A DNA stretch of 64,000 nucleotides from Dendrobates tinctorius (lineage: Eukaryota), in assembly GCF_039654945.1 (NCBI RefSeq), contig NW_027361825.1, forward strand, positions 42,470,001 through 42,534,000, given 5' to 3'. Below are positions 1-44,102 of the stretch, piece by piece. The notes below the pieces were generated by a model. It saw only the letters and a program-made list of their open reading frames with translations. It did no database searches and was not told the DNA's origin. Positions within the stretch are counted from its first letter, which is position 1, and the number at the start of each line of letters is the position of its first letter. Position numbers and translations under genes: made by a program.

Positions 1-2005
1 AAGAAGTGGGCTGAACCCAATCGTGAATGGCCTGTACCTTGGCCGGGTCCATTTCAATAGTTGACGGGGACAAAATAAATCCCAAAAAAGAAATCCTCTG
101 TACTCCAAAAAGGCATTTAGATCCTTTGACATACAGGGAATTCTCCCTCAAGATCCGGAACACAGTCCGAATATGTTCCACATGAGAATCCCAATCCTTG
201 GAGAAGATCAAAATATCATCCAGATAAATAATCAAAAATTTATCGACAAAATCTCGGAAAATATCGTTCATGAAGCACTGGAAGACAGAAGGGGCATTAG
301 TGAGCCCAAAAGGCATCACCAGGTACTCAAAATGTCCCTCCGGAGTATTAAACGCCGTCTTCCATTCATCCCCATGCTTAATGCGAATAAGATTATACGC
401 CCCCCTGAGGTCAAGCTTGGTAAACCAGCAAGCACCTTTAACTCTGGAGAATAGATCAGAAATCAGGGGTAACGGATACTGATATTTAACAGTAATTTTG
501 TTGAGGGCACGATAATCAATACAAGGTCTTAATGATCCATCCTTTTTGGCTACAAAAAAAAACCCGGCACCTAAGGGTGACGAGGATGGTCTAATATGAC
601 CCTTCTCCAACGCCTCCTTAATATAGGATCGCATAGCCTCGTGCTCGGGTACAGATAAATTGAAGAGCCGACCCTTGGGAAATTTACACCCCGGGCACAG
701 TTCAATTGCACAGTCATAACTCCTATGAGGAGGCAGAGACGCAGACTCATTCTCACTAAATACATCATAAAAGTCCGCCAAATAATCAGGAACATCATGC
801 GACTGAGGAGAGGTGGAAAACACCGGAGCCTCACTAAAGGCACACCGACAACCCCAACTCACCACAGACACAGATTTCCAATCCAAAACTGGATTATGAA
901 TCTGTAACCAGGGAAACCCCAGAACAATAGTATCATGCAGATTATGCAACACCAAAAATCTGCAATTTTCTTGATGGTCTGGGGCGACCCGCATTACCAC
1001 CTTGGTCCAAAACTGGGGTTTATTTTTAGCCAAAGGAGTAGCATCAATCCCCCTCAAAGGGATAGGCGTCTGCAGAGGTGTCATCGGAAATCCACAACGT
1101 TTAGCAAAATCCAAGTCCATTAGGTTTAGGGCTGCTCCCGAATCCACAAAAGCCTTGGCGGAAAATGTGGACAGGGAGCAGATCAGAGTAATAGCCAGAA
1201 GAAACTTAGGTTGAACACCCCCAACAGAAAACGTGTGTGCAAAGCGTTTCTCTCGTTTAGGACAGACAGAAACAATATGCGAGGCATCTCCACAGAAAAA
1301 ACACAACTTATTACGCCTTCTGAACTCCTGACGCTGCTCTCTGGAAAAAACTCTATCACATTGCATAGGTTCAGACATTTGTTCAACAGGTGGCAACACC
1401 TTTCGTGCAGCTTTGCGTTCGCGCAAACGCCGATCAACCTGAATGGCTAGTGACATAGAGTCGTCAAGACCAGAGGGAACAGGAAATCCCACCATAGTAT
1501 CTTTTACGGCTTCTGACAACCCCTTCCGAAAGAGAGCAGCCAAGGCATTATCATTCCAGGTAGTAAGTACTGCCCACTTTCGGAATTTTTGACAGTACAA
1601 TTCTGCAGAATCACGACCCTGGCTCAATGCCAGCAGGGTCTTTTCAGCCTGATCAATGGCATTAGGTTCGTCATACAACAACCCCAAAGCTTGAAAGAAT
1701 GCGTTCACATTAGTCAGAATAGGATCATCTGGTTTCAAAGAAAACGCCCAATCCTGGGGATCGCCACGAAGCAAAGAGATGACAATTTTAACCTGCTGCG
1801 CGGAGCTCCCTGACGAGTTAGGCTTCAAGGCAAAAAATAATTTACAATTATTTTTGAAATTCAAAAATTTAGACCGATCCCCAAAAAATACATCAGGTGT
1901 AGGAATCTTTGGTTCAGCAGCATGTGAATGAGCAAGGTAGGCGGAAATTCCCTGCACTTCCGCAGCGAGCTGCTCCACACGATCAGACAATTGCTTTATC
2001 TCCAT
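1..2005 (-). CDS. Gypsy Gag-Pol polyprotein (partial, open to the window edge)
   Basis: ATG at 2005, protease Asp codon (1144) and YLDD (226) share one frame. The ORF track lists no stop-terminated ORF in this frame, consistent with a continuous frame. Confidence 0.85.
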   Translation of the reverse strand, partial: MEIKQLSDRVEQLAAEVQGISAYLAHSHAAEPKIPTPDVFFGDRSKFLNFKNNCKLFFALKPNSSGSSAQQVKIVISLLRGDPQDWAFSLKPDDPILTNVNAFFQALGLLYDEPNAIDQAEKTLLALSQGRDSAELYCQKFRKWAVLTTWNDNALAALFRKGLSEAVKDTMVGFPVPSGLDDSMSLAIQVDRRLRERKAARKVLPPVEQMSEPMQCDRVFSREQRQEFRRRNKLCFFCGDASHIVSVCPKREKRFAHTFSVGGVQPKFLLAITLICSLSTFSAKAFVDSGAALNLMDLDFAKRCGFPMTPLQTPIPLRGIDATPLAKNKPQFWTKVVMRVAPDHQENCRFLVLHNLHDTIVLGFPWLQIHNPVLDWKSVSVVSWGCRCAFSEAPVFSTSPQSHDVPDYLADFYDVFSENESASLPPHRSYDCAIELCPGCKFPKGRLFNLSVPEHEAMRSYIKEALEKGHIRPSSSPLGAGFFFVAKKDGSLRPCIDYRALNKITVKYQYPLPLISDLFSRVKGACWFTKLDLRGAYNLIRIKHGDEWKTAFNTPEGHFEYLVMPFGLTNAPSVFQCFMNDIFRDFVDKFLIIYLDDILIFSKDWDSHVEHIRTVFRILRENSLYVKGSKCLFGVQRISFLGFILSPSTIEMDPAKVQAIHDWVQPTS

Positions 2006-2136
2006 TGAGAGAAAAAAAAATTCCCCCTACGGCCTCAGAGATATAGAGGAAAAAATATACACTTTTTTTTTTTTTTTTTTTTACAATTCTTTCCTGCTAT
2101 TGAGTACCCTAGAATCTGCGGTATGGCGGGTGATTC

Positions 2137-2933
2137 TGTTATGAATGAGTCACCGTAGGAGGCAAAAGCAGAAATACAAGCTAAGTCCAGAAAACCAGAG
2201 AAGTTGGCAACTATCAGATTGCAGACCCCTGAACCTATCAACACAACTAGCAGTAGCCGTGGGGGGTTCCTACGAAGCCCTAGACCCCTCGATCACAGCC
2301 GGAGAATTACATAGGCCTAAAGAAAGAAAGGGGAAATCTAAACTGCCCCAGAGCAGACCCCAAAGCAATAGGCAGCCCCCAACATATAATGACGGTGAAG
2401 CAAGATGAAAAATACTAACACAGACAGAAAGATAGACTGAGCAAAGACGGGGCCCGCAACTATCTAGATAGGAAAGGACAGGAAGGCTGCTGTCTGCAAT
2501 CTGCCAAAACCCTATCAAAGACATAAGCCAACCAGCTGATATGAAAAAGGCCCTGAAGCAGCTAGGCTTCAAAAACTAAATCAGCACTCAGGTATTTTCA
2601 GAAGACAGAGCTAAATGAATTCAGCACACCCCAGCAAGGAATGGCAGAAATACAGAAAAACAAAGCAAAACAAAGTCAAAGCACAAAAGCAAAAGGCCGA
2701 GCAGCAAACTTAGCTTTAGAGGAGCAGGAATTCAGACTGGTCTCCAAGGATCCCACAGAGAAATCACCCGCAGGGCAGAAGGGCGTCGGCAGCCTTATAT
2801 CCAGTCCGTAACTCCACTCAGCCATTCATCATCATCAGCCTCAGGTGTTTGATAATCAGGCTCACTACCTTTCTTTACCAGAAGAGGGAGTTCCTCGGGC
2901 CTCAGTAATGAAGGGGAAAATGAACTCACAACA
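2137..2933 (-). repeat. 5' LTR of the Gypsy element
   Basis: TG...CA termini (tgttatgaat ... actcacaaca); TATA-like TATAA on the minus strand at 2799-2795; homologous to 3209-4074 and 32723-33629. Confidence 0.9.
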
Positions 2934-3208
2934 GACCAGCCTCTGTTCCATCTGTAATCAGGAATTCTGGACTGCATTTACTAAGCAAAGTAAAGGTAAA
3001 AGAAACTGCACTCTGTTGTGTCCTTGCCTTCTTCCTGCAACCTCTTCACCACCGCTACATCACTGTGCCAAACACTACACCCTTCTTCCTCCACACCTAT
3101 TCTCACTGCCCTGGGACTACAGCTCTGCCTGTGGGGAGCTATTACATCTTGCTGCCTTATACCATCTGTCCCAGAGGATCTGCACTGCAGCGTCGGCTTA
3201 ACCCCTTC

Positions 3209-4074
3209 TGCTATGAATGGGTCACCGAGGAGAAAAAAAAACAAAACAAGCTAAGCCACAGAAAACCAGAGAGGTTGGTAACTATGCAGATTGCAGATCC
3301 CTGATCTTACCACACAACTAGCAGTAGCCCTGGAGCGTGCCTACGATATTCCTAGACGCCTCGTCACGGCCGGAGGACTACATAAGCCTAAAGCAAGAAA
3401 AGGGAAAACTAACTGCCCCAGAGCAGACCCCAAAGGAATAGATAACCCTCACACATGTACTGACGGTGAAACAAGATGAAGGCACAAACACAGGCAGGAA
3501 AATAGGCTGAGCAAATGTTGGGGCCCAAACTAACAAGACAGGAAAGGAAAGGCAAGTCACTGTCTGCAACCTGCAAAAAACCCTACAAAAATCATGTCCA
3601 ACACTTCCGATAGCAAAATTAACCCTGAAGTCACTAGACTTCTCCCACTATATCAGCACTCTGGAATATTCTGAGACAGAGCAAAAAGAGACCGAACTAG
3701 TAAGGGACAGAAAGCCAATTGGCAAAATACTGATAAATAAGAGTGGAAATTCAGCTCAGCCCCCAGCCGGGGCTGGCTGACCACACAAAAAACTGAACAG
3801 ACCAACAAAATCAAGTGTGAACATTAGCAGAAAAATTTAGCTTTAGATCACTGGAACAGAGCTGAGAACCAAGACCTGACAAGCAGAAGGAATCACCAGC
3901 AACTGAATAGGGCGTCGGCTGTCTGAAATCCAATCTGAGAATCCTGAGATCCAATCGTCATCCTCATTCTCAGGTGGCAGATCTCCACCGATCAAACCAG
4001 CCGCACCACCTCCCGTCACCACCAGAGGGAGTCCAGAAGGGGAACTCACAACTGGTGAGAATGAACTCACAACA
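3209..4074 (-). mobile_element. Solo LTR of a related Gypsy family
   Basis: tgctatgaat...cacaaca ends; shares blocks with the 2137-2933 LTR; flanked by cccttc on both sides (3203-3208, 4075-4080). Confidence 0.9.
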
Positions 4075-4141
4075 CCCTTCATTGCCGAACACCACAGGTG
4101 GCGTCACATATCATCCACTTACAAACTTTAATCAGCCACTC

Positions 4142-4866
4142 TTAACCCTTTTTACATGGACGCCCAGGGCCACGGACCGGGTCACCGCTACTGTGAACTT
4201 CCCTCTGAGATACCGGCCCGGTACCGAGTACCCCACTGCCCTAGCGGGCGACCCAAATACCGAAACAGGAAAACAAAAAATTGCAGAATTGCCATTTTGT
4301 TTTCACGTCATTTCCCAATCCCCATCCACACAAAAAAATGGAATAAAAAGAGTTCAGAAAGTCATTTGGTGATCAAAATGCTACAATAAAAACCAAAGCT
4401 GCAAAAGACAAGTCGTCACACAGCTCCAGCAGCGGAAAGCAAAAAAGAAAATAATGTAAGGCTCTCAGAATATGACGACTGGAACCAGAAGTTTTTCAAG
4501 ATTTTTTTTTATTGTTCTTTTTTATTTTCAGTAGTAAAACAAAAATCCTATCATTTTGTTCTATCCCCACAACGGTACAGAGGCCTAGAGCAAAGTCACC
4601 GGGGGATTTTTGCAGTGTAGTGAATGTTGTAGAAACAATCGCTCCCCTTCCCCTACTTACAAAAAATGGTGGGAACCGTATTGTTTTTACTATTTCACCC
4701 CAGGCGGCATTTTTCCCATTTTTTTTATATGATGTGAAAAATGTTATTCCAAACTACCACTCGTCCCGCAAAGAAAAAAAAAAGAAAAAAAGTTCTGACT
4801 CTAAGAAGATTAAGAAAAAAAAGCAAAACCAAAACATTAAAATTTAGTTGGTCTTTAAGGTGTTAA
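4142..4866. mobile_element. Degenerate TTAA-flanked piggyBac-like non-autonomous element
   Basis: TTAACCCTT left end and AAGGTGTTAA right end; AT-rich interior resembling the larger elements at 24479 and 34248. Confidence 0.4.
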
Positions 4867-5009
4867 AAAAATACAAAAAAAGAGAGACTGATGGAAAAAA
4901 AAAAAAAAAAAAGCTAAAACCCGGACCACAAAAGACAGATAAAGCTTTATTATTCAACTGATAGCTTTTACATGTAAAAAATAACCCAAAAGCTCCTGTT
5001 CCCGCCGAC

Positions 5010-5278
5010 AACATGGCGGTACACACTACTGGCGACACAAATCATTCCATAAAAGACCTAGGAGAATTACTGCTCTCAGGGGGCGTGGCTTTTCTTTTCT
5101 TCAGAACGAGGCGTGATTCCTATTTACATATTGGGCGTGGCATGAGAACTTGGATAAAAGGGGGAGGGGAGAGAAGCGTTACCGTCCGGGCGCAGACCCA
5201 GAGAGGAGGTAATTGTTTGGCTTGTGGCTGCGCGTAACTTCCGGTCTAGTCATGTTACCAGTGCTTCCGGAATACGGG
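5010..5278 (+). promoter_or_regulatory. POLR2I housekeeping-type promoter
   Basis: YY1-like AACATGGCGG (5010-5019), two GC/KLF boxes GGGCGTGGC (~5081, ~5132), ETS sites ACTTCCGG (5237-5244) and GCTTCCGGAA (5263-5272), directly upstream of the ATG. Confidence 0.7.
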
Positions 5279-16093
<10,815 letters not shown>

Positions 16094-16117
16094 TATTTTT
16101 CTGGAAGTTCTTAGTTT

Positions 16118-16133
16118 TTTATTTTTAAATAAA
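16118..16133. terminator. Opposed poly(A) signals: AATAAA on + (16128-16133, POLR2I) and on - (16123-16118, OVOL3)
   Basis: Sequence TTTATTTTTAAATAAA between the two stop codons. Confidence 0.7.
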
Positions 16134-16194
16134 TTTAATTTTTTTACTTGTTGCTGATCATTTCATTTGTGGAGGAAATTCTTAAACCAGTAAG

Positions 16195-38324
<22,130 letters not shown>

Positions 38325-40732
38325 ATTCCTGATTGTAAAAAATATATATTTAAAAAAAAAGTTCTTAAAAACGGAATTTAAAAACAATCAGTTTTGCAAA
38401 AAAAAAAAGATAAAAATACCGTAGGCAACTTTTTCTTTCTATTGGGATCTCTGCCTGGTTAACCTACCTGGGTAGGGTCCACGATCAGCGAGGACAGGAA
38501 ATCACTGTAATTGCTGCCGTGGGAGATTCTGCCTGTGAGAGATATTAGGACCCACACGCTCCTCTTATCGGCTTCTGATCATTTGAATGTCCCAGAAGTT
38601 TGCATATGAAGCTGAGAGTCTCTTGTCACATACACAGAGAAAACGGCTCTTCCTTCCCATGCAAATCCATCCGACGGACAAAACAAATAGGAGGGATAGG
38701 GGCTTTGTGATGGGACAGTTCGTTTCTAAAAGGGTTTTTCTATTCTGTAATAGTTCCCCCTGACCACAATAGTGCCCTACTACTGGTTCCCCAGACTGAC
38801 AGCTCTCGGCTCTGGCCGGGTGTGTGGTCATACTGTCTGTATGTACTGTCCTATACACAATCCTGGAATTAACGGGATGTCATTAGCTGCCGCTGTGGAC
38901 TCATTTGACTGCCCCGTTGCCCCTGTAGCTTATTTGGTTAACAAAGCTTGTTAGCTGAGATTTGCAGTATACTAACCTCTTTTAGGCCCATCCAGTATTT
39001 TGATACCAGAGAATGTACTACTGTTTCATGAAGTCCCATGAACCTTATTTTTTTTATATTACTTTACCTTGGAAAAACAAAATGAGAGAACGGCACAAAA
39101 CATACAACACTTAATATACAGTTTATTAAAACATAAAAGCAAAACTCTACAGAATGTTTACGACTTTTCAACCTAGCTAATAAAGAGGTTAGGATCTTAA
39201 ATGAATACAGGTTTACCACCTTAATTCACTTTTACCAATGTCAAGCTGCTCTTCTCTTTGCCGATGTCACCGCAATTAATCATGACCATGGATGAGGCAG
39301 ACTGGTGGCCAGGTGTATGCTGCCTACAACCTACACCTTGATGGCCTCCATAAACATTACATAAGTTGACAAAACCTCAAAGACCAATGGCTTTGTATGG
39401 GGGGCTTCTACTCTCACTGGACACATGATGTTGGGGGAAAGAAGGATTGGGCCATTGGAATTTCAAGGCCTGGTCCTTTTGTGTCCAGGGGACATAAGCA
39501 AATGCCAGAAAAGTCTGGTAGAAACTTTTCACCCACTCCAAATTAAAAACACACGAACAATCGGGCGAGCCGAGTGTATGGGAAAGTCGTTAAGAGATAG
39601 CTGGCAACCTAATGAGTGTTAGGCCAAGTCTAGATTGCGCTATGGCAGATTTAAACATGAGGTTGTCAAGACCCGACGTTCATAGCTACAAGTCTTGTCT
39701 TTGGATCAAGAAAAAATTGCTTTTTTCACTGACGAGGGTTAATAGTTTTCGATTTTGGGCAAAAAAACATTATTAAAAGGCTATTCCACTTTAAACAATG
39801 GGTACCTATTCATTAGATAGGTAGTAACTTAGTTTGCTGCAGGTATGGCCACAATTTTACCACTAATTGCCTGGACCTGAGGTTCCTAGTCCCCATTTTC
39901 CCCCAGCATAATTAACGAGCGGATACGCTTCAAAATCCACATTAAAAGATCGCTTAACATCTTCTATTTCTATTTCAATTGGTAATCCACTTTATCTTTC
40001 ATATGACAAGGTTTTTTTTAGCATTTTTTTTTTCAGCTGAAACCGTCTGGTGGAAAAAAAAAAAAAAAAAAAAAAAAAGAGCATGACATTTTTTTAAAAT
40101 AGATCTTGAAGGAATCCGCTCTAAACTGTGCACTATCAAAATAAAAAAATTAAAAGGCTGTAAAATACTTGAAGAAAAAAAATTTCAAAACGGCTTCAGA
40201 AGCTATGGACACACAGTTTTTTGGAGCAAAAACTTAGCTGAAACCCCAAGTTTTTGAGGAGTTTTGAAGGAGGATTCTGATAGTTGATGCGTTGATGCTC
40301 CAAAAAGACCCTGTGTATATAGATAGAAAAAAGGAAAGCTCCTCAAAAAATGAATTTGGAAAAATGCATGGTGCCTACAGTGAAACATGGTGGTGGCAGT
40401 GTCTCTACGTGGGGCTGCATAAACACTGCTGGTGATGAAGCTATGTCTTGTCAAAAGCTTAGAAATTGTTCTTGTATGACTTGAGCCTTATTTCATGCTA
40501 TTGAAACACCCCTCTACAATATTTAAATAACACTCTTCCCTGTGTCAAGTTAAGAGGAAGGAATTTTAAAAAGGGAAAAAAAAATGGGACAATTGACCTA
40601 AGTTAAAATAGATTAGTAACATTTCATAGAACAGAATATAAAAGTTGCAACAAGTTGGGGAAAACTGAATACCCCAAGGAAATCAATAAACACATACCAA
40701 ACTCTTGGCATAAGGGGATAGGGCATAACCAG

Positions 40733-41374
40733 CAGGGCTGTGGAGTCGGAGTCGTGGAGTCGGTGCTAATTTTGGTGGAGTCGGAGTTGGAGTCGGTATA
40801 AAATGGACCGACTCCGACTCCTAAAATATATAATAAATTGGGTACAGTAATTCAATGCAGGATGTGCTGAATATTTTTTCATAGGAGTTTGGGAAAGTTA
40901 TGAAATGTCCTATAAATGGCTGTTATATTCCTGATCTAAGGCTACATTCACACACAACGTTTTTCCTGTGTTTTTTGAGGATACGTTTTTCAGCTGCAAA
41001 AGCTGATCATCTTTTTAAAAAACTGCATCACCTGAAAGGTTTTTGAGCTCATAGATAATGTTTTCAATAGCAAAAGCAGATTAGAAATCTGCTCTATCTA
41101 TATATCCAGTTATCCATATCTGTCTATCCATATCGTATCTGTACCAAAAAGAATGAAAACCGGGTAGTACACCAATATATATTCTGTTCTAGCTAAACAT
41201 CTTGATTATTGGATCATAAAAATGATTAAATGTCTGAGGTTCACATTGTACTACAATAAATTTTTCACTTAAATATAAGCAATATGTGTGGGAGTCGGAG
41301 TCGGAGTCGGTGTAAGGGAAATTGAGGAGTCGGAGTCGGAGTCGCAGGTTTGGCTTACCGACTCCACAGCCCTG
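40733..41374. mobile_element. hAT-family MITE
   Basis: 17-bp TIR cagggctgtggagtcgg; perfect 8-bp TSD ataaccag (40725-40732, 41375-41382); subterminal (GGAGTC)n. Confidence 0.93.
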
Positions 41375-42429
41375 ATAACCAGGGATACAAAAATCTCCAC
41401 ATCTAGAATGTCTTAGTCCTAACCATCTCATCCACATCCTTTTAGGCCATGCACTAGGAAAAACAAAGTTGAATTGCCAGCTGTTCCGCTATCCGTAAAA
41501 TATGGGGCTTACTGGTCGCTGGGTTCCGACCTCTAGGACCCCCAGCAATCCCAAGAAAAGGACGTCAGAGTGCCATCTTGAATTGAGAGTAGGTCTATGG
41601 GACTGCCGGATATAACTCCTCTATTCTAATGTCCCATAGATAATACTCTATTGGCTCAATGAACACATTGATGAAGTTTGTGGTTTTTAGTAAAAAAACA
41701 AAAACAGATTTGTAGAGTAATCAGCCGGCATCAGATTTAGAGTCAAGTCGCAGATGCAACATTTCATATTTATTTTCCAACAGTTGTAAGATGTTATAGG
41801 TTGCAGGTAGCATGCACTAAAATATTTAGTTTTTGCATCAAATTGACATACAGGCTGCTACTTCGGGGATCGAATTAACTAAAGGCCACTCAATGGACAC
41901 CCTTTGACATGGGAAAAATTATTTTTTTGCTATGCAAGTGGGGTTACCTTTAGTTAATAAAGCTGCACAGAGTTTTATTCTGCAATCTTCACTCATTTTC
42001 AGACCCCCTGATATGCAGCATTCAGTTTAATCCAAGTTCCAGATTTCTCCCTTGTGGGAGTGTCCCTCCCAGTAATATAGGCTGGATATGAGTTCCCTGT
42101 GTATGTATGGTGCTACTATTTTCTATCCTTTTCTATAATTTTCTATGCCCTCCCTGGGGCTGTAGATGCTGTCCTCTCTTTCTACTATTGACATTTCTAC
42201 ACAATCCATCCCTTTTGCTACATTTAACACTGAGAAAAGCAAGGCAGGAGCCTTCGGGTCCATAAGAACCAGGAGCCCTGGCGGATCTGTCAGACTTTGC
42301 AAAAGGATGGAGTTAGATAGAGGACTTCCACAAATCTGCAGCAGCAAAATGGCAAAACCTTTTTTTCCAATAAAGACTAGAAATGAAGAAAATCAATTCG
42401 CAGGACTAGAGTCCATTGGCCATGTGAGT

Positions 42430-42590
42430 AATCTGTGACCGATGGACCAGGCTTCCCAGCATTCCCAGCTCTCCTTTTAATTGGCTGGGCTGATGCGACA
42501 TCTCGCGGAAATTATGACGTCACATCAGCTCGGCTAATCACAAGAAGAGCTGGGAAAGCCGGGAAGGTCTCGTCCAATGGTCACAGATTA
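42430..42590. repeat. Imperfect ~160-bp palindrome, probably a MITE core
   Basis: aatctgtgacc...ttcccagctct...gctgatg / catcagc...agagctgggaa...ggtcacagatt. Confidence 0.6.
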
Positions 42591-44102
42591 TTGATCTGGC
42601 TCTACAAATCGACTGTCTCACGGAAAAAGAAATTGCTTAACTTTGCATTTAGGAAACAAATGGACCATACAAAAAAAATCTGTGCAAAAGTGCACACATC
42701 CATTAAACTTTGCACCAAAATTGGTGGAGAAAGGTTGAACTTGATGGACCTAGGTATTTTTTCAACCTACCTATGTAACTATTTAATTCCTACTAGAATA
42801 AAAACATGTCCGTGTAACAATGTCTCTATGACCAACATTTTCTTTTTTTTCTAGAATCGAGGCTGCTTGAAAAGTTTAACATCTTATTCTAGATCTTGTC
42901 GAGCAATAAAAACAACTGAGGAAAAATTGTACAATATTGTAATACTGCTGGTGGTAATAGGAAAGTGCACAATTTTTTCCTATCTAACAGAGGGCAAACT
43001 ACAAGACTGTACTACTTTAGGCGGGTCGCATATACAGTGCATGTCACAGATTGCCTCATACACAGTACCTTCCAAGGCGCCCGCCGCATGTACAGTTCCT
43101 GTTAACTGCCCCATTGCAGTTTAACTGCAAGAATTAAAGGGGCTATCGGGTAATTATTATAATTTATATTGTGCCAACAAATTCTGAAACTTTATTACTG
43201 AAGGGGAATTTAAGGACCACGTAAAAACAAGTCATCATCTATCTCTCGGATAGGTGATCACATTGACCGGTGGTGGTTCCGACCAATGGGGCCCGCGCCG
43301 ATCGGCAGAAGGGGGCACTTTTACCCTTGTTAGAATAAACCAGGAGTTCACATGCTCAGCCGCAGCTCCATTCATTCCATATGAGGCTGCGCCAGTCATT
43401 ATCCAGAAGCCCCATGGAGGATGAATGGAGCCTTGGTTGGACATCCAATCTTTGCTCCATTTTGTAAAGTGCCTCGTCAGGGATAAAAATTCCCTAATCT
43501 GCAGATCGGTGCCGTCCCAGAAGATAACTTGTTTTCACTGGACAACCCCTTTAATGATGAGGTCTCCTACACACTGTCATACAAAAAAAGGGATTAAGGT
43601 TTAGAAAGGTTGATTTAGTGTACTTGTTTGTGCCCCCAATATTTGCTGCATATAACCACCTAGTATAATCCAAATTTGGATCTTTGTGGGCATTCTTCTC
43701 ACCGATGACAAAAGGAGACATTCTCATATGTATGCTTCAGTCTACCATCTCAACAATACATATATACATCAGTCTTACACACAAATAATGACTACTTTCG
43801 AAGTTTAAGGGTGTTGTACAGCTCCTCTCATTTTCGCATCCACAGATGGCATGGCATTTGCAAGCAGGGTCCTGTCAATCGCCAATACAACCCATAGGCG
43901 GTCATCACTTGTCATCCATGTGTCCTATTCTACCCTCCAGGGTGTTGGAGGCATCTGTTTCGTCTGACTTTCAGCACTAGTTGCTGAAATAAGATGGGCT
44001 ACTCAATCCCAAAAAACACAAATTCTGCATTAACTTTCTCTACCATTGTGAACACAATGAACTATTGTAAAACAATTTTAAGGTTTCTGGAAGCTTTTCT
44101 TC

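Larger units (their letters stand above)
1..2933 (-). mobile_element. Ty3/Gypsy LTR retrotransposon (Tf1/sushi-like), 5' LTR plus gag-pro-RT, running off the left edge
   Basis: Minus-strand translation gives Gag knuckle CFFCGDASHIVSVC (~1260-1305), protease AFVDSGAA (~1130-1153), RT motifs GHFEYLVMPFGLTNAP (~291-340) and YLDD (215-226). LTR at 2137-2933. Confidence 0.95.

Noticed and set aside
4844-5038. Minus-strand ORF as TBCB exon 1
   Set aside because: No similarity to TBCB; runs into poly-T low-complexity sequence.
39729-39756. Hammerhead-like CTGACGAG core
   Set aside because: No GAAA after stem II and no convincing stems.
42123-42347. Possible terminal exon on the minus strand
   Set aside because: No motif or homology and no partner exon identified.
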